Assembly: GCA_026770705.1 (NCBI GenBank)
Contig: JANJGN010000026.1
Coordinates: forward strand, 39,184,001-39,248,000
Origin: Isurus oxyrinchus
Lineage: Eukaryota
DNA: 64,000 bases
Direction: 5' to 3'
Part shown: piece by piece, positions 49,744 to 62,600 of the stretch
Layout: every line of letters starts with the position of its first letter
Numbering within the stretch: position 1 is the stretch's first letter
Program-made: the position numbers and the translations under genes
Notes under the pieces: model-generated
Told to the model about the DNA's origin: nothing
Seen by the model: the letters and a program-made list of their open reading frames with translations, nothing else
The model's database searches: none

Positions 49744-51249
49744 CTGGAGGATAGAAAAATGAACATTTTATTTTTGTTAAGCCTCTGTTTGTCCAGGTGA
49801 ATTCAATCGCGTGAATAGCTCTGCTTTTTGCAGTAATTTTATTTGCTAGAAGCCTGTTTGAACCGTGTTCACTGTTATTGAAATATGATCAAATAGGGAA
49901 TGAGGTGATATTTTAGTTTACATGGCGAAATCTTGCGAAGGGGACTGCACTGTCTGAATTGGTGGTGGGAACAGCTTCCATAGTAACTTTCAAACGGGTA
50001 ATGGGTCTGTGCTGGAAATGTAAATACAAATATAGAGCGATGGAGAAAATTCATGGACAGTGGGAAAAATTGGATTGCACTTTTAAAGGGTCAGCACCTA
50101 CACAAGGGGCCGAATGTCATCATTCCGTAGATAATTCTATGAATTATATTACATTCCCGTTTCTATTTTCCTTGGTGAGACACAAACACGAGGGAGCATT
50201 TTATGCTCAGCGAGGCAACCAGTTTCCAAAAAAAAAATGTTTGTTGCAGAGAAACACAGCTGTGTGACATCACTGAGCACAGCAAGATCCAACACAAACT
50301 GATGGGCATCATCAGCACCGATTTGGCAAAACAAAGAGTGAGAACCAGTGGTCAAAGGTCAATCATTTACTGCGCTTTTAACTACTCCGGGATTTCTCTC
50401 TGCCTTTTGCTGTATTTCTCTGTTCTATCAATAGGGTCGTATTTTCTCCAGTTCAGCTTAATTTCAAATATGTGCAATTAATTTAATCTTATTTCTTTAA
50501 TTTCACATTCCCTTTATTTCACATTTTCTTTGTGCTGTTTGCGCTTATTGCAATCGTGGGAACTTGCCCCAAAGTCTCTCAGTTGTCGGTTGGGTTCAGT
50601 CTGTTCAGTTTCCGCAGTGGTTTGACTGTTACTCACTGGGAACTGCCTCTTCCGGCTCTCTGACAATTTCAATTCTTTCCGCACACTGACTGATTCTCTC
50701 ACGGGTTCACTGGGTGGAGTTTTCCCTCAATTTTACATTGTCGGGGAAGAAGAATGCGGAAGAGGAATGGACTATTCAGCCTGTGTATATAATCAATTCC
50801 AGCCGCACCCCACCAAAAATCTAATTGGCCATTTACATCCAGTTCCCTGTGCTGGTCTATTCCGTTCTCCCTCCTGTGTTTTCAAGTGTTCCAATAAATA
50901 TATCAATACTTTCCCCATACACTCCCTGAGGCAGTAAGTTCCACATTCTGATCTGCCTTTGTTTAAATTCATTTGTCTTAAAATGTTTTATTTGTTCTGT
51001 TAGTTACTGTCATATGTTGACGGCTATTGCTTTGGGCTCAACCACAAATGACCAATTTATCCACATTAAAACCGTTCAGTATTGAAAGAATTTCTATGGA
51101 TTCTCTTTGTGGTTCTTTTTTCCAGAAAAAAGACACCCAGCCCGTTCAATCTTCCCAGAGAGATGTGGATTGTTGCTGATTTCTTGTTTCATCAAATAGA
51201 GAATGGAATCAACAGAAGAAGGAGCCGCCAGATCACCTTTCAAACCTGC

Positions 51250-51725
51250 TCAGCCATTCAGTAATATCCTGGCTGATTTACAACTTCAACGTCACATTCC
51301 TGCACTGCCCCCATATCCCCTGTTCCGTTTAGTGTCTGAAAACCTATCGAATATTGTCTTGAATGCACACGGATTATGAACACACACCACTCTCTGAGTT
51401 ACAGCCACAGATTCACAACAATGGTTCTACTGAAGATATTTTTTTCCTTCTCAGTTCTAATGGAAGACTCTTTATTCTGAAGCTGTGACCCCGAGTTCTA
51501 TACTCCTCAGTCTGGGGAAACTCCGACCCAGAATCTGCCCTGTCAAAGCCCTTCAGTATATTATATGTTTTAATGAGATCACCTCTCATTCTCCTAAACT
51601 CGAGGAAATATATACCAAGACGACTAAATCTCTTCCCATTGGACAATCTCTTCATCTCGGGAATCAGTCTGATTAACATTTGCTGCACTCCTTCCAATGC
51701 AGATTGATCTCAATTCAGTAAGGAG
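51250..51725 (-). mobile_element. CR1-type LINE 3' fragment
   Basis: EGVQQMLIRLIPEMK..RRMRGDLIKTYNILKG..TRGH. Confidence 0.8.
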
Positions 51726-52670
51726 ACGAAAACTTTACACAGCATTCCAGACTGGAGTCCATTTCAGTCCTTCCCTCCAGAAACCTCACGCATCCCGGGG
51801 TCGGATTGTACTTTGAAAGGCGCCCAGAAATCATGCAATACTTCTCTCCCTTTCGATTAATTTTTTTCTTGCTGGTTCTAAATGAGCATTCTCCTAGTTT
51901 ATAATTGTTTCCTTTTGTTCCTATTCTCCTTATAAGATTAATGCATCATCCTCACTGTCTCACTGCACTGTGTTGCTTACATCACAGCAATCAGATATAC
52001 AGATAAATTACAGCAATCCCATCCCTCAAACATTTACATTCAATATAGAGAAGTGTCTGCAGTTCCAAACTTTCACATTTCGGTCTGAGGGCGGGAAACG
52101 AGGAAAGTGATTGGTTGAAGACAATTGAAAGAAATTGGGGGGGGGGGGGGGGGGGGAGGTGACAATGTCACTAATTTCAGTCACTGATTGTCCAATAATA
52201 AAATTCTATCTGGACCCACATCAGGATCTCTTCTGTCTGGAGTCCGTTGTGTCACTCTCCCGTTTTTCTCCCGGGTCAGGTCTGGAACAAGCCGCTGCAG
52301 GTATCCGAACTGGCCGCACTTGTGTTGAGTTTATTCACCCGGTACCCCATTCAAATTGCGCGGCTCGGACTGCAATCTGCTGCCCAGGAGAGAGCTCTGT
52401 GACCCCGCTTCCGGGTTCTAAGGGACAGACAGATCTCCTTCGATCACAGTTAACACCGGGAGTGGAGTCCAGATTGTGGACAACCTGCGCTCATTAAAAG
52501 CGATTCAGAGTGTGAGAGTCCGTGATGTTGATGTTGTCCCCATTGAACAAACAATGGTCCACATTCCTTCAACTCCCACATCCCACCCAAACTCCACTAA
52601 TATCAATAATAAACTGACGATGAACATTACCCGCGACAGGCTTAACCCGGCGGGATTTGGTGTTACTTAC

Positions 52671-52728
52671 CGGCTGTGACAGCCACCACTGTCCCGGATC
52701 CATCCGCATGATCATATTTATAAACCAC
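52671..52728 (-). CDS. NAR-TCR J segment, cassette 2
   Basis: RSS AGTTGTTGT-23-CACTGTG (52729-52767). Reads VVYKYDHADGSGTVVAVTA + G|GTAAGT. Confidence 0.92.
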
Positions 52729-53110
52729 CACAGTGGCACCGCTCTCAGTCTCCCAGGTACAACAACTACCGACACCTCAGCCTGCCGGGAAATCATCATC
52801 AGACAGTAGAAACTGTCCAATTATTCAGCGGATTTATATAAGCAAACAATATTCAATCTTTCAAAGTCTCTGTCAATTCAAACTGTTCTTTGTGAGGCCC
52901 TGAGCTCTGAGTAAATAGTCCCGGAAACGAGATGCTCGCTTTATATAAACCGGGAAAAATATGAAAGAAAGATAACTGAATGTTGGAAATTGCAATTAAA
53001 TGTCACCAGATTACAGCAATAATAACATCAGCCCGATAATTCACTATCCGGACCAGGAGTATTTATATTGTGATCGTACAGAGGTATTTGCTCAGGTCTC
53101 TGCCACTGTG

Positions 53111-53128
53111 ACTTCCCCTTACCCCATG
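53111..53128 (-). CDS. NAR-TCR D segment, cassette 2
   Basis: CATGGGGTAAGGGGAAGT. 3' RSS CACAGTG-12-GCAAATACC; weaker 5' 12-RSS at 53129-53156. Confidence 0.83.
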
Positions 53129-53516
53129 CACTGTGCTACAATTCAGTATAAGATCCTCCGGGCGTTTGTTGAGATTTGGGGACATCAGTTAAACAGCGGG
53201 TGCTGCGGTTCCCGGTTCCAGGTGTTGGACCAGGATCACATCTGGTGTTAGGGGTTTGTAACTGGGATCAAACATTCCCAATCCCCATTCACTGACACCA
53301 GTCCCAGGAAAGACATCATCCGCTCACACTCGGCATTTATAAAAGTCAAGATGCTAACAGCAATAATCCAATCGCCTTATAAACTAGACTGTGAGGCAGA
53401 CGGTGTGAGGCGGAACTTTGGGGGTTAAACTGCAGATTAACTCCGCTATTTCATTTGTTTCTGTGATAATCTGCAGTGAGTTTTTGTATCGCGGGATGCC
53501 GAGGCCCATCGCTGTG

Positions 53517-53994
53517 TGTCGTACTGGTACTGAGCTTTACAGTAATAGGTGGCGGTGTCTTCAACTCTCACATCCCGAATTTCCAGCGAAAATGTCTTTT
53601 CTGCTTTATTCACCGACACAATAAACCTCCCCCCGCTGGAGATCCGCTCCCACTCTGTCCCGGTCTGGGTTTGTCTGAAGAAATCCCCGCCGGTCAAAGG
53701 ACGAGCGAAAAAACCACCATAGAAAACACAGTTGATGGTGAGAGACTGACACTCCTTCCTGGTCACCGCTGCCGGGGTCTGTACCACTGACTGACTGAAA
53801 GAGTCTGGAAATTAAACAGAGATAGTTTAATGGACCATCAGAGCCGAACCACAGAACGGGGTTAAACCCCAGGCAGTGTCTGTAATCGGGATGGACTCGG
53901 GCAGCTTTATATTAAATCCACACAATGTCGGTTTGTTTGATCGGTACTCACGAGGTAAACAGACACACAGGGTGAAAATAAGGAGGATTCCCAT
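53517..53994 (-). CDS. NAR-TCR V (IgNAR-like), cassette 2 (leader 53952-53994, V exon 53517-53804)
   Basis: MGILLIFTLCVCLP|HSFSQSVVQTPAAVTRKECQSLTINCVFYGGFFARPLTGGDFFRQTQTGTEWERISSGGRFIVSVNKAEKTFSLEIRDVRVEDTATYYCKAQYQYD. RSS CACAGCG-22-ACAAAAACT (53479-53516). Confidence 0.93.
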
Positions 53995-55101
53995 CGTTCT
54001 GCTACCTGGAGCTGAGGGTTTATATGGAGCTGGAGACTGCAAACCTGGACTGCACTGGGAGACCGGACCTCAGAGCTGGACTGAAGTACTTTAGGGGGAT
54101 CGAGTTGATTTGCACAGGGCAGTTCCGCTGAAATCATTGATTTGCCGCACGATTCCCGGGTCGCTGGCTAAGTGTTGTTTGTATAAGCGTCAGGTTTATA
54201 AAAGGAGGCTGCAATTTTCTGACTCCACATTTGAATTGTGATCCGGATGTGAAAGCCCCTCCCACAATACTCTGGTGTACAGGGGTGGGGGAGGGGCGCT
54301 GTTCTTACTGCCAGTTGTGCTGCCGCCTTCCTTTCCCCGCAGTGATGAGCTGGGCGGTCGGTGCATGTGTTTGTATTGGGTGATGTTTGTTTAAGGTGGA
54401 ATGTGGGCCCAGGACACCTAGAATCCCCCGGCCCCGCTCTTTTCCCAATATTTCGGAGATTGTTTAACATCGCTCTGAACGGGCTGGCGGGACCCCAGTT
54501 AGACTTCTGACCTGAAGGTCGGCGCCTCAGGTTCGGCACCTACCCCGGAGCAGCAACTGGGGACAAGTTATAATATGAAGTAGCCCAGTGGCATTACCAA
54601 TATCCTGGCAGGTCTGCACAACATGCACATAAACGAGTTAAGGCTGATTAGTTCAATTCGCTGGATTGCGAGCTCGTGGTTCGGAATAATACCAACAGTA
54701 CGGGTTCTATTCGCATTGTGGCTGAGATAGGCTGGTGACCTGCCTGCGCCTGCGCGTGGAAGGCGATGGTAAAGCACCACAAACAAAGCTACCAAGAAAA
54801 CAGCTCAGGTCGAAGCAACTGCAGAAAATCGGCCATCGGCAGGTCACACCTGAATAAATACAAGAAACAAACTCCCTTCTTCATTTAACAAATGATTCCC
54901 GCACCAGTCCTGCTTTGGGGTACATATAAAATGATGTTCCATTTCAGCCATGTTTGATTTCCAGGCTGGGAATATTCAGAATTTCCGTTTGAACGGACAC
55001 AGATTGAAGCGACACTCGGACGGACAATGGACTTTGAGGAAACATTGTGCTTGGAGCTTGCTTTAAAATTCACAGTCACCGCTTTCTGTTCTGAAAAATG
55101 T

Positions 55102-55335
55102 TTTTTTTTTCATTCGTTCACGGGATGTGGGCTTTGTTGGCTGGGCCAGCATTTATTGCCCATCCCTAGTTGCCTTGAGAAGGTGGTGGTGAGCTGCCTT
55201 CTTGAACCGCTGCAGTCCATGTGGTGTAGGTACACCCACAGTGCTGTTAGGGAGGGAGTTCCAAGATATTGATCCAGCGACAGTGAAGGAACGACGATAT
55301 ATTTCCAAGTCACGACAGTGAGTGACTTGGAGGTG
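55102..55335 (-). mobile_element. LINE 3'-end fragment
   Basis: Same family as 8864. Absent from the paralogous position in cassette 1 (about 35345). Confidence 0.8.
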
Positions 55336-55899
55336 TTCAGAATTATCTCTTACCCAGCAACGTCCAAATGAACCCTGTGACAAGGAGGAGGTCAAAGTTT
55401 TCACAAACCTGACAACAGAGTTAGGGGAAAAGCTGCGCAGCATTGCGGGCAGGGACGAAAAGACCATTAAAAGGCGTAAGGGACATTGAAACAGCAGCAC
55501 ATCACAGAAATACGGCCTACAGCACGTCACATAGACATGGCGATGATTTGGCCTACGGTGGAGAAAAGCACATTTTTTCTGCATGTTCGTCCAATTCCTG
55601 ACAGTGTTTTTAATGTAAATCAAAAATGCAGCTTTGAGGCTACTAAAGAATTAAAAATAAACATATACATGTGTGGTGCAGTGTAAGTTTATTTAATATA
55701 AATAGGGATATGGCCTGGAATAGTAGTAACAAAAACATGGCCTAGTGTGATATATATAGAGACAGGGGATATTTTAGTAATCATTGAGGCAAGGTCTGGA
55801 TTAAAGCAACTAGAGATGGCGTCGAGTGCAAAAAGGACCTGGTTTAGAGTAGTCAGAACAAAGACAGAATCTATTGAAATCTAAACTAACTCAAGAGTG

Positions 55900-57535
55900 A
55901 CGTTTTAAGTTCCTCCTTCCAGTTCACCTCTTGATTTTCAAGTATCTTTGGAAAGTTTTCTAAGTGTTCAGCAGTGAAGATAGACACAAAATACCTGTTT
56001 AACGCCTCTGCCACTTCCTTGTCTTCTCTTATCAATTCCCCAGGTACACTACCCAGAAGACCAACATTAGCTTTAATCACTATTTTATCCTTTAAATACT
56101 AGTAGAAACTCTTGCCATCTCTTTTTATTTTACCAGCTAGCTTTCTCACACGACTTTTTCTCTTTTTTAGTAATTCTTTTCTAGTTCTTAAGATTTGTCC
56201 AATCTCCTGACCTACCACTAATCTTTGCAGATTTGTACAGTGTTTCTTTAATTTGATACTGTCCTTAAATTTCTTATTCAGCCATGGTTGATGCATCCAT
56301 CTCAAAGGGTCCTTCCTTCTCACTGAGATAAATATTCCCTGGGAGTTATTAAATGTATCCTTAAAAGCCTGCCACTGAAACTCAACTGTCCTAACTTTTA
56401 ACCTAGTTCCAAATTCACTTCCTCTACATCTACTTTCATACCCTTATAATTACTTTTATTCAGGTTTACAACCTTAGTCTTCAATCCACTTTTCTACCCA
56501 TTAAACTGACCATAAAATTCTATTGTGCTGTGATTGCTATCACTTAGAGTTTCCTTTACAATGAGGTTATTGATTAATCCTGTCTCATTGCTCATTACCA
56601 GGTCCAAAATAGCCTTCTTCATGGTTGGCTCTAGAATGTACTGCACTAAGATAATGTCCTGAATACATTCTATGAGCTAATGCTCCAGGCTTCCTCTGCG
56701 AATCTGGTTCACCCAAACTGCGTGCGGATTAAAGTCACCTATGAGCATTGCTGTACCTTTCTTAAGCGTCCCATTCTTCATCTGTACCCTGCTCTATCAT
56801 GTAACTACTCTTAGGATGCCTATAGACTACTCCCACATGTGACCACTTACCTTCACTATTTCTCTCATGCCTTCTTCCTCTTTTTTTCATTTTTTCCTGG
56901 TTCCTAAAATTTCAATATTCTTCTGACCTAACACTAATCTTTCCAGATTTCTACAGTGTTTCTTTCAAATTGATGCTATCCTTAACCCCCTTATTCAGCC
57001 ATAGATGATGTATCCATCTCAAAGAGTCCTTCTGTCTAACTGTGATAATAATTCTGATTCCTGAATCTACGTGTTGCTTTTTTTTTGAGCCCAGGTCATC
57101 CCTCGCCACTGTATCAAGGAGACCTTGAATTAACCGAGCTACTCTACCGTCTGTTCCTAACTTCCTATCTTTTCCAAATGGCAAAACCCCTTCAATGTTT
57201 AGGTCCCAGCCTTGGTCACCCTGCAACAATGTCTCTGTAGTGGCTCTCGGGTCGTTCATAGTTATTTCTATCCATTTTGTTAGGAATGCTGCGCGCATTC
57301 AGATACTCAAACTCTGTCTTTTTACTCTTTCTGGCCTTACCTGCTGGTGCAGCCTTAAATGTATACTCTCTGACCCTTCCTGCCACAGGCTGGTTTTCAT
57401 TACTCAAATAGCTATTCTGCCCTATTATCTTTGTTGCCTTTTGATTTGCTACATCTCTCCTCACATGACCCCTTTCCCCCAGTATTTAGTGTAAATTCCT
57501 CTCTGTCACCCTGGTTATACGACTCTCCAAGACAT
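55900..57535 (-). mobile_element. Decayed CR1-type LINE (endonuclease/tether region) with internal duplication
   Basis: YLNARSIPNK.., PWLNK..DSIKLK (present twice), and EVAEALNRYFVSIFT. Confidence 0.8.
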
Positions 57536-58429
57536 TGGATATAGTCACAAGTGAGGCAAGCTCTGGTTTAATATAAGTCGAGGAATTACACAATGCAGCA
57601 ATAAATCAGTATTGCTTAATTCATGAATCACTGGGTACAGCCAGGCACTGGGTTGATGCACCAAGGGGGGCGTCACTCACCTGTACAGTAAAGTTGCTTA
57701 GATTATCCTCTCATTCAATCACATCCATTTTCCTGCACCATAAGTGTATTTGCTTTATTTTGACCTGCTGTATGTTTTTAAGTTATCACACTGTTCATTT
57801 TTACCTGTTTCCCATTATTTTCCCCAGCGTTCATCATCCTTTTCTGCATTAAAATCCATAGGATTTGCCAATTCACATGTTCACTGGTGACACCGAGCAG
57901 TCCACAGTCTGTATGTGCGCCGCTCAACTTCACTCAGTGTTTGTCTGTTTTCTGCATTCTTTTTACACAGAGCAGTACTGATCTCTTTACCGCACTTCAC
58001 GCTCCAAGGGTCATTCCAATGGGAGAATAGCCAAGATGAACTGTCCACTTTCTGTGTCTTTATATTTATAGACATCAATAGCCTTTTGCTGTTCTCCCTC
58101 TATAACACTAACTATCCTCAGTCTCAGATTTATCTATTTCACTCTTTATGCCTTTCTCAACACTGAGTGTATTCAATATCACCTTTATCTATGTCCGTCT
58201 GTTAGTGCCTCTCTGCATACTGAGTACGGAATCTCATCTTTATCAAACTCCCTATGTTGATGTCTCTCTGTCTCGCACTTATTCTCAACTTTATCTACAT
58301 TCTACATTATGTAGCTGTCTCAAAGTGTCCAGACAGAAACTGAGACAATACATGGACGAGATACTAATTCACATACCACAGCTCCTTTGATCAAATCCAT
58401 AATTGTGAGAGTAGATGGCAATGAATGTA

Positions 58430-58765
58430 TTCACCGTGAGGGCCTCTTTCACCCAGCTTCACAGGCAAATTACTCGGGTCTTTAATCATTGAGACCAGAC
58501 AGGAAAATGACTGATTCAGTGAGCAGAGTCTCACTCTTCCATACAGGCAAGGATCTCAGGTCTTTAACTATTGAGACCAGATAGGCGCCAAGCTGCTGTA
58601 TCGAAGTCAGTGATTCTGGACTCGGCGGCGGTGGCGTAAGGAAACAGCTCACTCACTACCATAGGAATATTGTTGAGGTTTTAATCATTGAGTACATACA
58701 GGAGTATGACTGATCCGCCGTGAGGAAGAAATCACTCGCTTGCACAAGTACATTATTCAGGTCTT
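58430..58765. repeat. Degenerate tandem repeat, about 80-bp unit
   Basis: 'ggtctttaatcattgagaccagacagg' recurs at about 58476, 58559 and 58677. Confidence 0.7.
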
Positions 58766-59408
58766 CCTTACAATAACCTCTTTGCAGAATTCAATAATTT
58801 AAACTCACTGTTCCCCTTTTTGTTTCCTGCCTGGGTTTTTTAATCTATATTTATCGACATCTTTTCTGCTTTTATTTCTGCTTTTTTCTCCGTCTCCACT
58901 ATCCCCTTTACAATCTACAGCTCTCCTATTGCCAGTGTGTGGGAAATTCTGCATGCATTCACGAACATGGCTGGATTTCATGAGGAGCCGGATATGGGCA
59001 GTTGGGAATTATTATATAGAACAGGAGTAAATGATTTACATCAGTTATCTAAAAGGCCGGAAGACCTAAATGCATACATTTATGTGTTAATATTGGGGAC
59101 AGGGGGTGAGAAGGGACAAAGGTGCACAGAAAAGGGATCAAAGTCAAAGCGGAAGTTAAGGCGCCAGAGTTGAACTTGGGACGCTTTTTTATTGTTAATG
59201 CGAATTCAAATCATCCACAAATATAATTACGCATGTTAAACTCAAGTGTTGTCTTGAATTTTTGCTCCTTTAAGCATGCTCCCTCTGAATCTTGCAGAGG
59301 GTGATAACTTGTCTTTTTTTGGCAACGGGAGCGCCCTCTGCTGGGAATTAACTGAACATCACAATGTGGAATATTGTCCGGGATTCACTGCATCTCTGCC
59401 GCAGGGTG

Positions 59409-59911
59409 GGATTCATGTCACAGAAATACTCGGAAGTGTGGCAGATCAGGGCCTCAGCTCCAATGTACTGATGGTTTCTATCAAATGTAGAAAAGAATCA
59501 GACAATGATGTCGGTCTCCTTGTTTATATTTATACAGATAATGGTGAATCAGCAGTTGTGGATGTTGTCCGGGTTTCTGACTATACCAGAACATATAATG
59601 GTTCAGAAGATTTGTTTTCAAGATGCAGGTCATTGTGATGGCTTTTCACTCTTTGACCAAAGTTTCAGCTCCCGACTCGGCCTCTGTGCCTTGTCGCGCA
59701 TAAATATAACTTAAAGTAGCTGGGATAGATGTCACTATTATCGGGATCGTCATCACCATCATGTCAAGCAGCATAATCATCAACAGCAGCACTTCACAGT
59801 TAATAACATCTGGGTTACAGCAGTCAGGGGGAGAACGGACACTTTTCTGGGAAGGAAATACTTACTAAGAAATGATATAATGGAAACGAACGGTATGATG
59901 CAATTCCTCTT
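59409..59911 (-). pseudogene. TCR alpha/delta V pseudogene (family of the 1267 and 2581 Vs)
   Basis: Leader lacks ATG (..PFVSIISFL|GTAAGT). V reads ETLVKE*KAITMTCILKTNLLNHYMFWYSQKPGQHPQLLI..EYFCDMN. Degenerate RSS CACCCTG-24-ACAATATTC. Confidence 0.85.
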
Positions 59912-60580
59912 GAGGATGTCTGAGTCTGTAACTCTGCAGTCCGTCAAATCCTCTGTCGGAACTGAAATGTAGATTCCAGCCCCTGTGCTTCTGATCCAAT
60001 CAACGCCAAACGGAACAGCGCCAACCATCTCTCCAATAAAACAGGAAATAAAAGGAAGGTCAGAGCGAGAGGAACAAACGGAATTTGTGGGCAAGGCAAT
60101 GATAATTCGCCCACCAGAAATTATTTACCTTTCCCTCTCTGTACGGACTGCGTTACATTCACTTTTATTTCAAACCTATGGCAAACAGACTAACGACATG
60201 AATTAGATATACGGATTAATTTATAGTTACCAATAACTTCATAGTTTATGTCGCTCAATGCAGGAAGCTGAACCTCTCAGTGGGGAACACAAAACTGGGC
60301 AACCCATCCCAATGTACTGGAGCCAAACTGTTCTTTAACACTGAACTAACCTTCTCAATGATGGGTCTGTTAGGAAGAGTTACAGTAATGAGCATGTGAG
60401 ACCAAAAGCATTTCACCTGAAGTAACATTCAGAAAATTGTCTATCAGTATTGAAATGTAACAGGCGCTGGGAATCCACTGCCTGATGAGCTACCTGGTAG
60501 TTAGTTTAATGACTCTCATTTTAACTGATTTCAGAGAATACGGTCATGGTACAAGTTATGCAGACGCCATTCTCACTAGG

Positions 60581-60705
60581 ACTCAGCACACAGTTATACA
60601 TGGCGCTGTCAGGGAGCTGCAGCACAGTCAAGGCGAAATCAGCTATATTATTGGGTGTTTCGAGAATTTTCCAGTTAACCGTGGAAACAGAATGAACAAC
60701 AGGAA
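60581..60705 (-). pseudogene. 3' part of a TCR V pseudogene, cut by the gap
   Basis: ADFALTVLQLPDSAMYNCVLS, then CCTAGTG-23-ACCATGACC (60542-60580). Confidence 0.7.
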
Positions 60706-60852
60706 NNNNNNNNNNNNNNNNNNNNNNNNNNNNNNNNNNNNNNNNNNNNNNNNNNNNNNNNNNNNNNNNNNNNNNNNNNNNNNNNNNNNNNNNNNNNNNN
60801 NNNNNNNNNNNNNNNNNNNNNNNNNNNNNNNNNNNNNNNNNNNNNNNNNNNN
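60706..60852. other. Assembly gap
   Basis: Run of n. Confidence 1.
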
Positions 60853-60896
60853 ATAGATAGATAGAAATATAGATAGATCGATAAATTGATAGATAT

Positions 60897-60951
<55 letters not shown>

Positions 60952-61080
60952 TTCATGTTTGCTTGGATGGAGCAATGATAGAATGAATGGATAGTTGGAT
61001 AAATTAATGTTCTTTCTAAGGACCAGTGATTGGATAGATGGATGGATGGATGGATGGATGGATCGACGGACGGATGGATG
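60853..61080. repeat. (GATA)n and (GGAT)n microsatellites
   Basis: Directly visible. Confidence 0.9.
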
Positions 61081-62117
61081 GGCCGATCTGAAAAATGCTG
61101 TTCCACATTTTCAGCTTTACGATTGATTACTTCATAACTTGCAGGAGGCCCTTTATTCAATTTGTATCGGTCTGGCACTTTCAGCCCTTCCTGATTTCCT
61201 GGATCATTTCAATCCCTTGGCTGTCGAGAACTGGTGAGCTGAAGGTCACCAAGTGCAATCTGGAGGTATCCCTGTGGTACTCATGATCCTTCTCCAGAGA
61301 TGGTGAATCTTGATCTGATATATAAAACACATTTTCATGACTGGGATGAGAAAGGAGGATTGTAATATTTGCAACGTGCAATTGTTTCAGGTGCAACAAA
61401 CCACACGACAGATCCTCGGCCAAATTACTTCAATCACAACAGAAAAGTAGCAGATCATTGGATAGTATTTCCCCCCATCTGTATGGTAACTTATTGTCAC
61501 TATGACACTGGTGAAGTCCCACCATTCTAAACAGCACGGCGTGGGGATGGGGTGGCGGGGTGGGGGTAGTGGGTGTGCATGAAATGTGACATTTTCCGGC
61601 AATATATTCATTGAAAATCGTTGTCACAATGGACTATATCCGTTGGATATTGCACACCGTTGTCTCAAGTTCAAAAGCTTTTAACTCCTTCAAACACACT
61701 CCCCAGAAGCTTTCCTTTCAGTGCATTCATGCAGGGAATCGAATCTTCACATGTTGGATGGGTAAGGTCAGTGCTTCAATGAGATGTGCTCAGGGTTACC
61801 GTGCTGGAGATTTCTAGTTACAGTGGATATCAGCCGGACAGAGCTGAGCCATTGAAGTAGCTTAAGTGATTTGAATCACAGTTTCCACCATCAATACCTG
61901 GTCAATGTTCTTTGGAATAATACTAATCCAAACTTCTCCTTTTCACACGGTTACACTTGTGTTATGAGACTTGTTTAGGGAGGGGGAGATCTGATGTGAT
62001 GATGTAAAGTCTCCAACAAGAAGTCAATGTGGGAATATTCAGTAAATACCTTTCCACACAAATTTCTGCTCTGAATTTATACCTCGACCCCACTTCCGAA
62101 TGTTTGAAGGGTTTTTG

Positions 62118-62600
62118 CAGTCATTCCTGGGATGTGGGCGTCGCTGGATAGGCCAGAATTTATTGCGCACCTCTAGTTGCTCTTCGAAGGCAGTGGTGAG
62201 CTGTCTTCTTGAACTGCTGCATTCCATGTCATGTAGTTACATCCACAGCGTTGTTAGAGAGGGAGTACCAGGATTTTGACCCTGCAACATTGAAGGAGCG
62301 GCAACATATTTCCAAGTCAGGATGGTGAGTGGCTTGGAGGGGAACATCCAGCTGGTGGTGTTCCCATCTATCCGCGGTCCCTGTCCTTCTAGATGGCAGT
62401 CGTCGTAGGTTTGGAAGGTGCTGTCTGAGGAGCCTTGGTGAATCCCTGCAGTATATCTTGTAGATTGTACACACTGCTGTTGCTGTGCATCGGTGGTGGA
62501 GGGAGTGAATGTTTGTGGATGGGTGCCAATCAAGCGGACTACTTTGTCCTGGATGGTATCAAGCTTCTTGTGTGTTGTTGGAGCTGCACCAACAATTGCA
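62118..62600 (-). mobile_element. LINE 3' end (same family as 8864 and 55102)
   Basis: GAAPTTHKKLDTIQDKVVRLIG..CTIYKIYCRDSPRLLRQHLPN..RSFNVAGSKSW plus the shared tail. Confidence 0.8.

Noticed and set aside
61180-61480. VTKCNLEVSLWYS resembling a V remnant
   Set aside because: C-W spacing is too short and there is no supporting 3' motif or RSS.
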